DNA of 64,000 nt, from NCBI GenBank assembly GCA_965213705.1, contig OZ243913.1, positions 3,712,001 through 3,776,000 on the forward strand, given 5' to 3'. Within the stretch, counting starts at the first letter, position 1; each line of letters starts with the position of its first letter. This DNA comes from Trueperaceae bacterium (GTDB taxonomy: Bacteria > Deinococcota > Deinococci > Deinococcales > Trueperaceae). Both the position numbers and the translations under genes were made by a program. Shown here in pieces: positions 9,062-18,096 of the stretch. The notes under the pieces were generated by a model. The model made no database searches. It had not been told where the DNA came from and worked only from the letters and a program-made list of their open reading frames with translations.

Positions 9062-10690
9062 GTGACGTCGCTGTTCCGAATCCACCTGCCCGTTTACCGG
9101 GAGGTTTGGCACTTGGCGTTTCCGGTTATCCTGACAAACTTGCTGATGACGGCGGTCAACGTCGTCGACGTGTTCATGGTGGGGCGGCTCGGCCCGGTGG
9201 AAATAGCGGCGGTCGGCATGAGCAACACGGTACGGATGCTCGTGATGGTCGGCATCTTGTCGGTCACCGCCGGCGCGATGGCACTCGCCGCGCAGGCCAA
9301 GGGCGCGCAAGACCCCGAACGGCTCAGTTTCGTCGCCAAACAAACCTTGTCGTTGACGCTGTTTTTGGGTGCCGCCTTGAGCGTGCTCGGCTATTTCGCG
9401 TCTGAACCCTTGCTCACCTTTTTGAACAGCGGCGGCAACCCGCTGGCGGTGACGCTGGGCACTTCGTACCTCAAGCTGCTGTTTTTGGGCACCGTCTTCT
9501 TGGTTGGCAACTTCGCCGTGAGTAGCCTCATGCAGGGCGCGGGCGACACGGTGACGCCGCTGTTTTTGAGCGGCGGCATCAACTTGTTGAACATCTTGTT
9601 CAACTACCTGTTCATCTTCGGACCCGGTCCGCTGCCCGAACTCGGGGTGACCGGGGCGGCGCTCGGCACGGTGAGCGCGCGGCTGCTCGGTGTGGTGGCG
9701 GGGTTGGCGGTGCTGTACTCGGGCAAAAACGTTATTCGGTTTTATCCAGGCGGCTACCGACCGAACCTGACGATGTTTTGGGATATTTTGAACATCGGCA
9801 TTCCTTCGGGGTTGCAGGGGGTGGTGCGCAACTCGGCGCAGTTGCTGGTGATTCGCATCGTCACCTCGACCGCTGCCGGGACATTCGGGGCGGCGGCGCT
9901 CGCCATCGGGCTGCAAATCGAGTCCTTGGCATTCATGCCGGGACTCGCCATCAACGTGGCCGCGACCAGTTTAGTCGGACAGTCGTTGGGCGCGTGGCAG
10001 GTCGAGCAGGCCAAGGCGCGGGGCAACGCCGCCATCGTGCTGGGCGTAGTGGTGATGACCGCCATCGGGATTCCCTTGTTACTTTTCGCGCCGGCGCTGG
10101 TCAAGCTGTTCGACCCGAGCGCGCAGGCGACCGTGGTAGCGGCGGGCAGTTCTTACCTGCGTATCAACGGCCTCGCCCTACCTGTTTTGGCGGTGGCGAT
10201 GGTGGTGAATGGGGCGCTCCGCGGCGCAGGCGACACCCGGCCGGGGTTGTTCGGCAACATCCTGGGGCGCTGGTTGACGGTGGTACCGCTCGCTTACTTG
10301 CTCGCGCTCACTCTGGACTTCGGCGTGACGGGCGTGTGGTGGTCGCTCGCCGCGGGCACGACGGTGTCGGCGCTGTACGTGTTGCGGCGTTGGCGCAGCG
10401 GGGAGTGGTTGGAGGTCGCGTTGAGACAAACCCCGCTCTACCGGCAACACTTGAGACACCAGGCGCCCGCGGTGCGGCAAGCTTTTTTGCAAGAGGTCCG
10501 CGCGCCCCGGTTGGCGCAAGGAGCGGTCGAACACGTCGAGGCGGACGGCGTGACCTACAGCCTCGAGGGTGAACACACGCACGTCCATTTTTCCGAACAA
10601 GGCTTCGAGGTCGAAGACCGTCCCCTGCCTGCCGCCGTTCTCTCCCCTAAACCGCCCACCAAGGTTCAGCCCAGCTTGGCTCACGACTGA
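9062..10690 (+). CDS. MATE family efflux transporter with a soluble C-terminal extension
   Basis: About 12 TM, VDVFMVGRLG, GAGDT in both halves, LGVTGAALGT. Confidence 0.9.
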   Translation: MTSLFRIHLPVYREVWHLAFPVILTNLLMTAVNVVDVFMVGRLGPVEIAAVGMSNTVRMLVMVGILSVTAGAMALAAQAKGAQDPERLSFVAKQTLSLTLFLGAALSVLGYFASEPLLTFLNSGGNPLAVTLGTSYLKLLFLGTVFLVGNFAVSSLMQGAGDTVTPLFLSGGINLLNILFNYLFIFGPGPLPELGVTGAALGTVSARLLGVVAGLAVLYSGKNVIRFYPGGYRPNLTMFWDILNIGIPSGLQGVVRNSAQLLVIRIVTSTAAGTFGAAALAIGLQIESLAFMPGLAINVAATSLVGQSLGAWQVEQAKARGNAAIVLGVVVMTAIGIPLLLFAPALVKLFDPSAQATVVAAGSSYLRINGLALPVLAVAMVVNGALRGAGDTRPGLFGNILGRWLTVVPLAYLLALTLDFGVTGVWWSLAAGTTVSALYVLRRWRSGEWLEVALRQTPLYRQHLRHQAPAVRQAFLQEVRAPRLAQGAVEHVEADGVTYSLEGEHTHVHFSEQGFEVEDRPLPAAVLSPKPPTKVQPSLAHD

Positions 10691-10809
10691 GGCAGGTCGA
10701 ACGTCGTTACGAAACTGTAAAACGTCTATGTCGTAAAAACCGCCGGAAAACCGCAAAAACGTCTCGAGCCTACCCCTTTTCGCGGGCGTCACGTGGTACG
10801 CTTTGTCCT

Positions 10810-11796
10810 GTGGACGACCTGACCTTTAGACCGCGCTCGCTGCAAGACTACGTGGGGCAAAAACGCCTCAAAGAGAAGTTTTTGGTGTACCTAGAGGCGA
10901 CCAAAAACCGGGGCGACGCGCTCGACCACGTGTTGCTCTACGGCCCCCCCGGACTTGGCAAGACGACGCTGGCGCACATTATCTCTTATGAACTCGGCGT
11001 CGGCATCAAGGTGACGAGCGGCCCGGCGATTGAAAAACCGGGTGACTTGGCGGCGATTCTGACGAATTCGCTCGACGAGGGCGACGTGCTGTTTATCGAC
11101 GAGATTCACCGTTTGGGCCGCGTCGCGGAGGAGCACCTGTACCCGGCGATGGAGGATTTCAAAATCGACATCGTGCTGGGCCAAGGTCCGGCGGCCCGCA
11201 CCATCCGGCTGGACTTGCCCAAATTTACGCTCGTCGGCGCGACCACGCGGCCGGGCCTCATCACCAACCCGATGCGCGACCGTTTCGGGATTGTCGAGCA
11301 CCTGGAATACTACACCACCGAAGAACTCGCCGAAGGCGTCAAGCGCGACGCCAAGCGGATGGACATGGTCATCGACGAACAAGCCGCCTTAGAGATTGGT
11401 CGCCGCAGCCGCGGCACTATGCGCATCGCCAAACGGGTGTTGCGGCGGGTGCGCGACTACGCTGAAGTGGCGGGCGACGACGGGGTCACGTTGGAGCGGG
11501 TGCAGCACGCGCTCGAGGAACTCGGCATCGACGACATGGGCTTGGAGCAGCGCGACCGCGCCATTTTAAACTTGATGATTACCAAGTTCGCCGGGGGTCC
11601 GGTGGGTTTGGGCACCTGGGCGACGGCCGTGGGCGAGGACAAGGTCACGCTGGAAGAGGTGTACGAGCCGTTTTTGATTCAGCGCGGCCTCGTCAAGCGG
11701 ACGCCGCGCGGGCGGGTGGCGACCGAAACGGCGTATCGGCACCTGGGCTACGCCTACGCTGCAGCCAACGAACCCCTGTTTGAAGCCGGAGTTTAA
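10810..11796 (+). CDS. ruvB: Holliday junction branch migration helicase RuvB
   Basis: YGPPGLGKTTLA, TSGPAIEKPGDLAAIL, FIDEIHRL, RTPRGR. Confidence 0.98.
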   Translation: MDDLTFRPRSLQDYVGQKRLKEKFLVYLEATKNRGDALDHVLLYGPPGLGKTTLAHIISYELGVGIKVTSGPAIEKPGDLAAILTNSLDEGDVLFIDEIHRLGRVAEEHLYPAMEDFKIDIVLGQGPAARTIRLDLPKFTLVGATTRPGLITNPMRDRFGIVEHLEYYTTEELAEGVKRDAKRMDMVIDEQAALEIGRRSRGTMRIAKRVLRRVRDYAEVAGDDGVTLERVQHALEELGIDDMGLEQRDRAILNLMITKFAGGPVGLGTWATAVGEDKVTLEEVYEPFLIQRGLVKRTPRGRVATETAYRHLGYAYAAANEPLFEAGV

Positions 11797-11862
11797 GCGG
11801 ACTGCCGAACGGGTTAAAATTCTGACAAGTTCCGTTGCGCGAATAAGTTTTAATAAAGCCTT

Positions 11863-12951
11863 GTGCTCGAGGGCGACCTAAAAAATTTACCCTTCAACGA
11901 CCTGCTGCAAGTCCTGGCGAGCGGCCAAAAAACCGGCGTGCTCACCGTGACCAAAAAGGGTGCCCAAGCGCGTCTTTACCTGCGCCGGGGACGGCTCGAG
12001 CAAGCGCAGGTCAGGCCGGGAGCCCACTTGGGGGAACTGCTCGTCAAGATGGACCTCCTCACCACTTTCGAAGTTCAAACCCTGCTGGCGCGGCAGGAGC
12101 ACACCGACCCCGGTATGGGTTTGGGACTGCTCGCCGTCGCCGCGGAGTGTTTGAACGCCGACGGGCTCAAACGCGCCCTGAAGGCACAAATTTTGGAAGT
12201 TTTGACCGACCTGGCCGGCTGGCGGAGCGGCAGGTTCTCGTTCGGTGAATACCCGCTCGGCGCGGCGCAACCGCCGAGCGACTACAGCTTCGACACGGGC
12301 TTTTTGCTTATGGAAGCGGTAGGCCGGGTCGACGCGTGGCAACAAGGCGTTTCGCCCGAGCGCGTTCTCGAGCGCGTCGGCGACCCGACGCAAGCCAGCT
12401 TGCCGCACAGCAGTTGGGAACTTTTGGGGCACGTCGACGGGCGGCGCTCGGCCCGCACCGTGGCGGCGGAGGTCGACTTGCCGAGCGCCGAGGTCTACCA
12501 CCTTTTACACCGCCTCGAGACGGAAGGCGTCGTCGCCCCGGCCCGCTATCCGGGTGAAGCCTCGAACGCGCTCGTCTTGTCTGCCAACGAGGCTTTGCAG
12601 CGGCTTATCGCCTTGAGTTTGCAGCGTGCGAACTTCACGGTCTTCAAGGCCGACACGACGGCTGCAGGTCTCGAACTTGTGCAACAGCGACGCCCGCACG
12701 TCATCGTGGTCGACGACGAAGGTGAAGGTTGGGCGTTTGTGCGCGCCCTGCGCGGCTTGACCGGGCGCAGTCACTTGCCCGTCGTGTTGCTCTCCAACCC
12801 CGGACACGGCGGCGCGCCCAACCCCGGCGCACCGCGCACCGGTTTGTTCGGCCGCTTCAAACGCCCTCACGCGCACACGCTACAAAAGCCGTTTCACGAA
12901 CTCGAGCTGCAACAACTCGTCATCCGCGTCGTCGGGCGGCAACTGGCGTAA
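11863..12951 (+). CDS. DUF4388 (PatA N-terminal-like) protein with a C-terminal receiver domain
   Basis: LEGDLKNLPFNDLLQVLASGQKTGVL start, W..GRFSF; C-terminal VIVVDD...PVVLLS...LQKPF. Confidence 0.75.
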   Translation: MLEGDLKNLPFNDLLQVLASGQKTGVLTVTKKGAQARLYLRRGRLEQAQVRPGAHLGELLVKMDLLTTFEVQTLLARQEHTDPGMGLGLLAVAAECLNADGLKRALKAQILEVLTDLAGWRSGRFSFGEYPLGAAQPPSDYSFDTGFLLMEAVGRVDAWQQGVSPERVLERVGDPTQASLPHSSWELLGHVDGRRSARTVAAEVDLPSAEVYHLLHRLETEGVVAPARYPGEASNALVLSANEALQRLIALSLQRANFTVFKADTTAAGLELVQQRRPHVIVVDDEGEGWAFVRALRGLTGRSHLPVVLLSNPGHGGAPNPGAPRTGLFGRFKRPHAHTLQKPFHELELQQLVIRVVGRQLA

Positions 12952-13052
12952 TGACGACAACGAACAACAGGCGTAGGACGGATTAGGTTCGGAGCAGCTT
13001 GGGACGAATCGGGTTTGCAGCGTGGTCGTACACATCCCAGCCAGGTTTGACG

Positions 13053-13097
13053 GGTGTACAACAAGACTCTATACGGTGTACAAGCAAGACTCCATAC
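13053..13097 (+). repeat. 22/23-bp imperfect tandem direct repeat
   Basis: ggtgtacaacaagactctatac / ggtgtacaagcaagactccatac. Confidence 0.85.
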
Positions 13098-13188
13098 AAA
13101 GCGTCGAACGGTGAACTTTTCACCTCATTGAGCTGACTTTCTAAAAGTTCAGGTCAAGGTTCGGTGAAGGAATTGTAGGGTGGGAGGC

Positions 13189-13217
13189 TTGCCGCGCCCG
13201 AAAAACCCTGTTATAGT
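13189..13217 (+). promoter_or_regulatory. Putative sigma70 promoter of the sugar ABC operon
   Basis: TTGCCG-N17-TATAGT with a TG extension. Confidence 0.55.
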
Positions 13218-13316
13218 CAACATACTCAATTCGACCGCAACACGCTCCGCAGACCCCGCTCGGGTTGTCTTTCGAGCCGTGACGTGTCGCAATTGGTAAC
13301 TTGAAAGAGGTGAAAG

Positions 13317-14582
13317 ATGAAGAAATGGCTACTGTTAGCAGCTCTAGGTATGGCGGCGACGCTCAGCGCCGCCACCGCCCAGGTGACCGTGTTCGGCGCG
13401 TTTACCGACGCGAGTGAGGTCGACGCGGTCAACGCGGGCTTCGCCCAGCTCGAGGAAGCGACCGGTATCGACGTCACGTACGAAGGCGCGAGCGACTTCG
13501 AGATTTTGGTCAACACGCGTATCGAAGCGGGCGACCCGCCCGACATCGCTTGCTTTCCGCAACCCGGTTTGATGAACCGCTTTTCCGACCGCATCGTCGA
13601 CGTTACTTCGTTTATCGAACGCTCGACCCTGGAAGAGCGCTACCTGCCCGGCCTGGTCGACATCGCGACCGCCTACGACGGCTCGGACAAGGTGCTCGGC
13701 GTGTGGATGCGCGTGGTCGTGAAAAGCCTGGTCTGGTACTCGCCGAAAATGTTTGACGACTTCGGCTACGAAGTGCCCCAAACTTGGGAAGAACTCTTAG
13801 CCCTGTCCGACCAAATCGTCGCCGACGGCGGCGTGCCCTGGAGCGTGTCGATGGAGTCCGGCGCTGCGACCGGCTGGGTTGGCACCGACTGGATAGAAGA
13901 CATCATGTTGCGCACGACCTCGCTTGAAAACTACGACGCCTTTACCGTGCCCAGCAGCCCGGACGAGCGCCTCATGTTCGACTCGCCCGAAGTCAAGCGC
14001 GCCTGGGAACTCATGGGCGACGTGATGCTCGAAGACGGCTACGTGTTGGGCGGCACCGACCGCATCCTGGGCGTCAGCTTTTTCGACACCGGCGTGCCCA
14101 TCGTCGAAGACCAAGCGTTCATGACCAAGATGGGCTCGTTTATGCCGCCCTGGTTGGGTGACCGTCTGGACGGCCTGGAAATTGCCCCCGACGGCGACCT
14201 GTGGTACTTCGCGTTCCCTTCCATCGACGAAGAGTACGGCAACCCAGTTCTTATCAGCGGCGACGTCTGCTCGATGTTTGTCGACACCCCCGAAGCGCGT
14301 CAGGTCATGGAATACATGACCCAGCCCGAGTTCTTGGAACCCGGCATCGCGGCGGGCGTGTTCGTGTCCCCGGTATCGTCCGTCGACCCGAGCGTGTACC
14401 GCGAGCAAGAGCGCGGCCTGGCTGAAATTCTCGCCAACGCCGACAGCGTGCGCTTTGACGGCTCGGACCTGCAACCCGCCCAGGTCGGCGCGGGCAGCTT
14501 CTGGCAAGGCATTGTCGACTACATTCAGGGCACCGACATCGACACGGCGCTGAACAGCATCGACCAAACCTGGCCCCAGTAA
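13317..14582 (+). CDS. Carbohydrate ABC substrate-binding protein (AglE/alpha-glucoside-like)
   Basis: Signal peptide; PQPG, KSLVWY, ESGAATGWVGTDWIEDIMLR, RFDGSDL. Confidence 0.88.
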   Translation: MKKWLLLAALGMAATLSAATAQVTVFGAFTDASEVDAVNAGFAQLEEATGIDVTYEGASDFEILVNTRIEAGDPPDIACFPQPGLMNRFSDRIVDVTSFIERSTLEERYLPGLVDIATAYDGSDKVLGVWMRVVVKSLVWYSPKMFDDFGYEVPQTWEELLALSDQIVADGGVPWSVSMESGAATGWVGTDWIEDIMLRTTSLENYDAFTVPSSPDERLMFDSPEVKRAWELMGDVMLEDGYVLGGTDRILGVSFFDTGVPIVEDQAFMTKMGSFMPPWLGDRLDGLEIAPDGDLWYFAFPSIDEEYGNPVLISGDVCSMFVDTPEARQVMEYMTQPEFLEPGIAAGVFVSPVSSVDPSVYREQERGLAEILANADSVRFDGSDLQPAQVGAGSFWQGIVDYIQGTDIDTALNSIDQTWPQ

Positions 14583-14618
14583 AAGTTGCATGAGTAAACA
14601 CCGCATCTAGGTGGTCGG

Positions 14619-14645
14619 GGAGGGTCGCAAAGACCCTCCTCTTTT
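14619..14645 (+). terminator. Hairpin plus U-tract between binding protein and permease (partial terminator or mRNA stabiliser)
   Basis: ggagggtc-gcaaa-gaccctcc-tctttt. Confidence 0.6.
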
Positions 14646-14731
14646 AATTTTCGGCAAAAAGTATGTTAGGCTGGCGGTCAAAGCCAAGCTTGACGAAAAA
14701 CCGACCTACAGGGAACGAGGAGGGATTTTAC

Positions 14732-15844
14732 GTGGATCAGAGTCAACCCGCAAAACAAAGAGGTCCGGTCAACCCACTTTTGACCGGACCCTTACGCGTT
14801 CTCGCCGCTTTAGTCGTGCCGGTCGTGGGGTTTTTTCTTCTCTGGCGCAGTTTTATTTTTATGCGCGACGCCGACGCGCCGATGGCGCTCATCGCCGTCG
14901 TGGCGCTCGTGGTCGGGATTTTCGGCATCTGGTTTTTGTACTGGGCGTCGAACAACTTAGTCGAGCGGTTCCCGATAAGGGTGCGAGACGCGCTCAGACC
15001 CTATGTTTTTGTCGGTCCGGCGATGGTGATATTGAGCATCTACCTCGTCTACCCGGCGCTGGACACCTTCCGGCGCAGCGTGATGAACCGCAACTCGACG
15101 ACGTTCGTCGGCCTGGACAACTTCATTTATATTTTCACCGACCCCAGTATGCGGCAGGTCTTGATCAACAACCTCTTGTGGATTGTCCTGGTGACGGGGG
15201 CGTCGGTCAGCGTCGGTTTGCTCATCGCGCTGCTCGTCGACCGCATCGGCTGGGCGGAACCCATCGCCAAGTCGCTCATCTTTTTGCCGATGGCGATTTC
15301 GGCGGTGGGGGCGTCGGTCATTTGGAAGTTCATGTACGCCAAGCAGACCAACCCGAACCTGCCTGAAATTGGTTTCGTCAACGCCATCATCGAGGGGGTC
15401 GGCGGCACCGGCCTCGACTTCGTTCGCACCTTTCCCATCAACAACTTCGCGTTTATGTTCATCATGTTTTGGATGATCACCGGGTTTTGCATGGTGATTC
15501 TGTCTTCGGCCATCAAAGGTGTACCGTCCGAGCTGATGGAAGCCGGACGCATCGACGGGGCCAACGAGTACACGGTCTTTTTCAGGATAATCATTCCGTT
15601 TATCGGCCCAACCATTCTCACCGTGACCACGACGGTGCTCATCATGGTGTTGAAAGTCTTCGACATCGTCTACGTCTTTGGCGGTCAGCTGTTCGGTGCG
15701 GACGTGCTCGCCAACCGCATGTTCCGCGAGATGTTCACCAACGCCAACTACGGCCTCGGTAGCGCGCTGGCGACGCTGCTCTTGATAGCCGTGCTGCCGG
15801 TCATCTTCTGGAACTTGCACGAACTTCGAAAGACGGCGAGGTAG
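14732..15844 (+). CDS. Carbohydrate ABC permease (AglF-like)
   Basis: KSLIFLPMAIS, EAA loop EAGRIDGA; GTG start after GGAGG. Confidence 0.88.
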   Translation: MDQSQPAKQRGPVNPLLTGPLRVLAALVVPVVGFFLLWRSFIFMRDADAPMALIAVVALVVGIFGIWFLYWASNNLVERFPIRVRDALRPYVFVGPAMVILSIYLVYPALDTFRRSVMNRNSTTFVGLDNFIYIFTDPSMRQVLINNLLWIVLVTGASVSVGLLIALLVDRIGWAEPIAKSLIFLPMAISAVGASVIWKFMYAKQTNPNLPEIGFVNAIIEGVGGTGLDFVRTFPINNFAFMFIMFWMITGFCMVILSSAIKGVPSELMEAGRIDGANEYTVFFRIIIPFIGPTILTVTTTVLIMVLKVFDIVYVFGGQLFGADVLANRMFREMFTNANYGLGSALATLLLIAVLPVIFWNLHELRKTAR

Positions 15845-15847
15845 AGC

Positions 15848-17014
15848 GTGACATTCGACGCTAGGAAAGCCCTGGTCCGCAGTCCCTTGTTCATCATCGT
15901 CGCGCTGATTTGCATCTTTTGGTCGATTCCGACCTTCGGGGTGCTGCTCAGTTCGTTCCGCAGCGAACAGGACATCAACGAAACCGGCTGGTGGTCTGTT
16001 TTCAGTCTGCAGCGCGAAAACCCGGTCTACGCCGAACTGACCCGTGACCTAGAAGACCGGCAGCGCGCCGTCGACAGCGCCCAAAGCCAGCTTGGGGCGC
16101 GGCAAGAGGTGCTCGTCGCCGCCCAAGCCGACCTACAAGCGGCGCAGGCGGCAGGTGACGCGGCCGCCGTCAGCACCGCCGAAGCCGCCCTCGCCGAAGC
16201 TCAGGAAAGTGTCGACAGCACGCAGACCCGGCTGATACGTTTGCAGGGTCGCTTGGAGGAGGTCGAGGCGACTTTGGCCTCGAGCGAAGTCCCCCGAACG
16301 ATTCGTTTCGGCTCGAGAGAGTGGCGAGAACAGTGGACGCTTGACAACTACCGCGCCGTGCTGCAGACCGAAAACATGGGTCGGGCCTTTATCAACAGTT
16401 TGCTCGTCACCATCCCCGCCGTGGTCATTCCCATCACCATCGCGGCGTTCGCCGCTTACGCTTTCGCCTGGTTGAGGTTCCCGTTTCGAAACCTCTTTTT
16501 CGCCATCGTCGTCATTCTCATGGTCGTGCCCCTGCACGTGGCCCTCATTCCCATCTTGCGAATTTACTTAGACCTGGACTTAAACGGCACTTACTTGGGC
16601 ATCTGGCTCGCCCATACCGGCTTCGGGATGCCGCTCGCCATCTACTTGCTGTACGGCTACATCTCGACGATTCCCAGCGAGATTATCGAGTCGGCGGAAG
16701 TGGACGGCGCGTCGCCTTTCACCTCGTTCTCGAGACTCGTCCTGCCCCTGTCGGTTCCGGCCATCGCCTCGTTCGCCATCTTCCAATTTTTGTGGGTATG
16801 GAACGACCTGTTGGTCGCCCTGACTTTCCTCGGCACCAAGATAGAAAACCGCGTGGTGACGCGCGAGTTGGCCGAGCTGGTCGGGTCCAAGGGCCAGGAT
16901 TGGGAACTCCTTACCGCGGGCGCGTTCATCAGCATGATCATTCCGCTCATCATCTTTTTCGCGCTGCAACGTTACTTCGTGCGCGGCATGATGGCGGGGT
17001 CGGTCAAGGGCTGA
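15848..17014 (+). CDS. Carbohydrate ABC permease (AglG-like) with a coiled-coil insertion
   Basis: ESAEVDGAS, IFQFLWVWNDLL, LQRYFVRG. Confidence 0.88.
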   Translation: MTFDARKALVRSPLFIIVALICIFWSIPTFGVLLSSFRSEQDINETGWWSVFSLQRENPVYAELTRDLEDRQRAVDSAQSQLGARQEVLVAAQADLQAAQAAGDAAAVSTAEAALAEAQESVDSTQTRLIRLQGRLEEVEATLASSEVPRTIRFGSREWREQWTLDNYRAVLQTENMGRAFINSLLVTIPAVVIPITIAAFAAYAFAWLRFPFRNLFFAIVVILMVVPLHVALIPILRIYLDLDLNGTYLGIWLAHTGFGMPLAIYLLYGYISTIPSEIIESAEVDGASPFTSFSRLVLPLSVPAIASFAIFQFLWVWNDLLVALTFLGTKIENRVVTRELAELVGSKGQDWELLTAGAFISMIIPLIIFFALQRYFVRGMMAGSVKG

Positions 17015-17029
17015 ACCGCTCCTCCGCTC

Positions 17030-17069
17030 AAAAAAACACCGCTTGGCTTTGGCCCAAGCGGTGTTTTTT
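17030..17069 (+). terminator. Intrinsic (bidirectional) terminator
   Basis: aaaaaaacaccgcttgg-ctttggc-ccaagcggtgttttt. Confidence 0.85.
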
Positions 17070-17161
17070 ACTGAGACCTCGTTTATTAAGGCCTCGAGCA
17101 CCCCGGCTGCGGTAATACCTCACTTCCGTAACCACTGCCACATTGTTATACTTCAAAAATT

Positions 17162-18028
17162 GTGACTGTTTTCCCGGCCGACCCCACAACGTCCCACCAA
17201 CCAGAACTGCGCCCTTTAGGCACAATTTCACTCAGCGGCATTTTCAGTTATCCTATCAAGTCGGCGGCGGGCGTGACTTGGACCTCGGCCGAGGTCGGTG
17301 TGCGCGGGCTCGAGCACGACCGCCGTTTTATGGTCGTGGACATTTCCGGCAAGCTCGTCACCCAACGCACCGCGCCCCGCCTGGCCGGTGTTCAAACCGA
17401 CAGGACGAGCACCCACCTTCACGTGACCGCGACCGACATGCCCAAGCTCACCGTGCCCATCAAAGAAACCTATGGCCCCGCCTGGGGCGTGCGTTTGTGG
17501 GGCGACGCGATGGCGGCGGAAACGGTCGGTGCAGAGGCTTCGGCGTGGTTCAGCCGCTACCTGGGGGGCGACTACCACCTTGTGTTTATGCCGGACACGA
17601 CCTTTCGCCCGATGAGCCCTGAATTTCCCGAGACGGCGTTGAGCTTTGTCGACGGCAACCCGTTTCACCTGGTCTCAGAGGCGTCGCTGGAAGACCTCAA
17701 CCGCCGTTTGGACACACCCGTGCCGATGGACCGTTTTCGGCCCAACCTCGTCGTCAGCGGCTGCGCGGCTTACGAGGAAGATACTTGGAAGGTGGTGCGC
17801 GTCGGGCCGCTGTTGCTTCACAGTGCCGGACCCACCGCGCGCTGCATGATGATTGGCGTAAACCAGCAAAACGCCGAATGGCACAAAGAACCGCTCAAAA
17901 CGCTCGCCTCCTACCGCCGCGTGGGCCGCGAAGTCCACTTCGGACAGCACTTTGTCCACAGCTTCGCCGCGAACGAGGAGCGTTGTTTACGGCGCGGCGA
18001 CCGGGTCGAGGTGCTGGAGCGGCGCTGA
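17162..18028 (+). CDS. MOSC domain protein (YcbX/mARC-like)
   Basis: YPIKS, HDRRFMVVD, RFRPNLVVSG, RC, FG motifs. Confidence 0.9.
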   Translation: MTVFPADPTTSHQPELRPLGTISLSGIFSYPIKSAAGVTWTSAEVGVRGLEHDRRFMVVDISGKLVTQRTAPRLAGVQTDRTSTHLHVTATDMPKLTVPIKETYGPAWGVRLWGDAMAAETVGAEASAWFSRYLGGDYHLVFMPDTTFRPMSPEFPETALSFVDGNPFHLVSEASLEDLNRRLDTPVPMDRFRPNLVVSGCAAYEEDTWKVVRVGPLLLHSAGPTARCMMIGVNQQNAEWHKEPLKTLASYRRVGREVHFGQHFVHSFAANEERCLRRGDRVEVLERR

Positions 18029-18096
18029 AGCGGCCCTGGGGCGCGTTTGGAAGAGCGCTTTGCCGCTAGCCGACATTTTCGCGTCAAATGTTCGCG

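Noticed and set aside
13053..13097. Second CarH operator (contains TGTACA)
   Set aside because: The period is 22-23 bp and it is better explained as a simple tandem duplication
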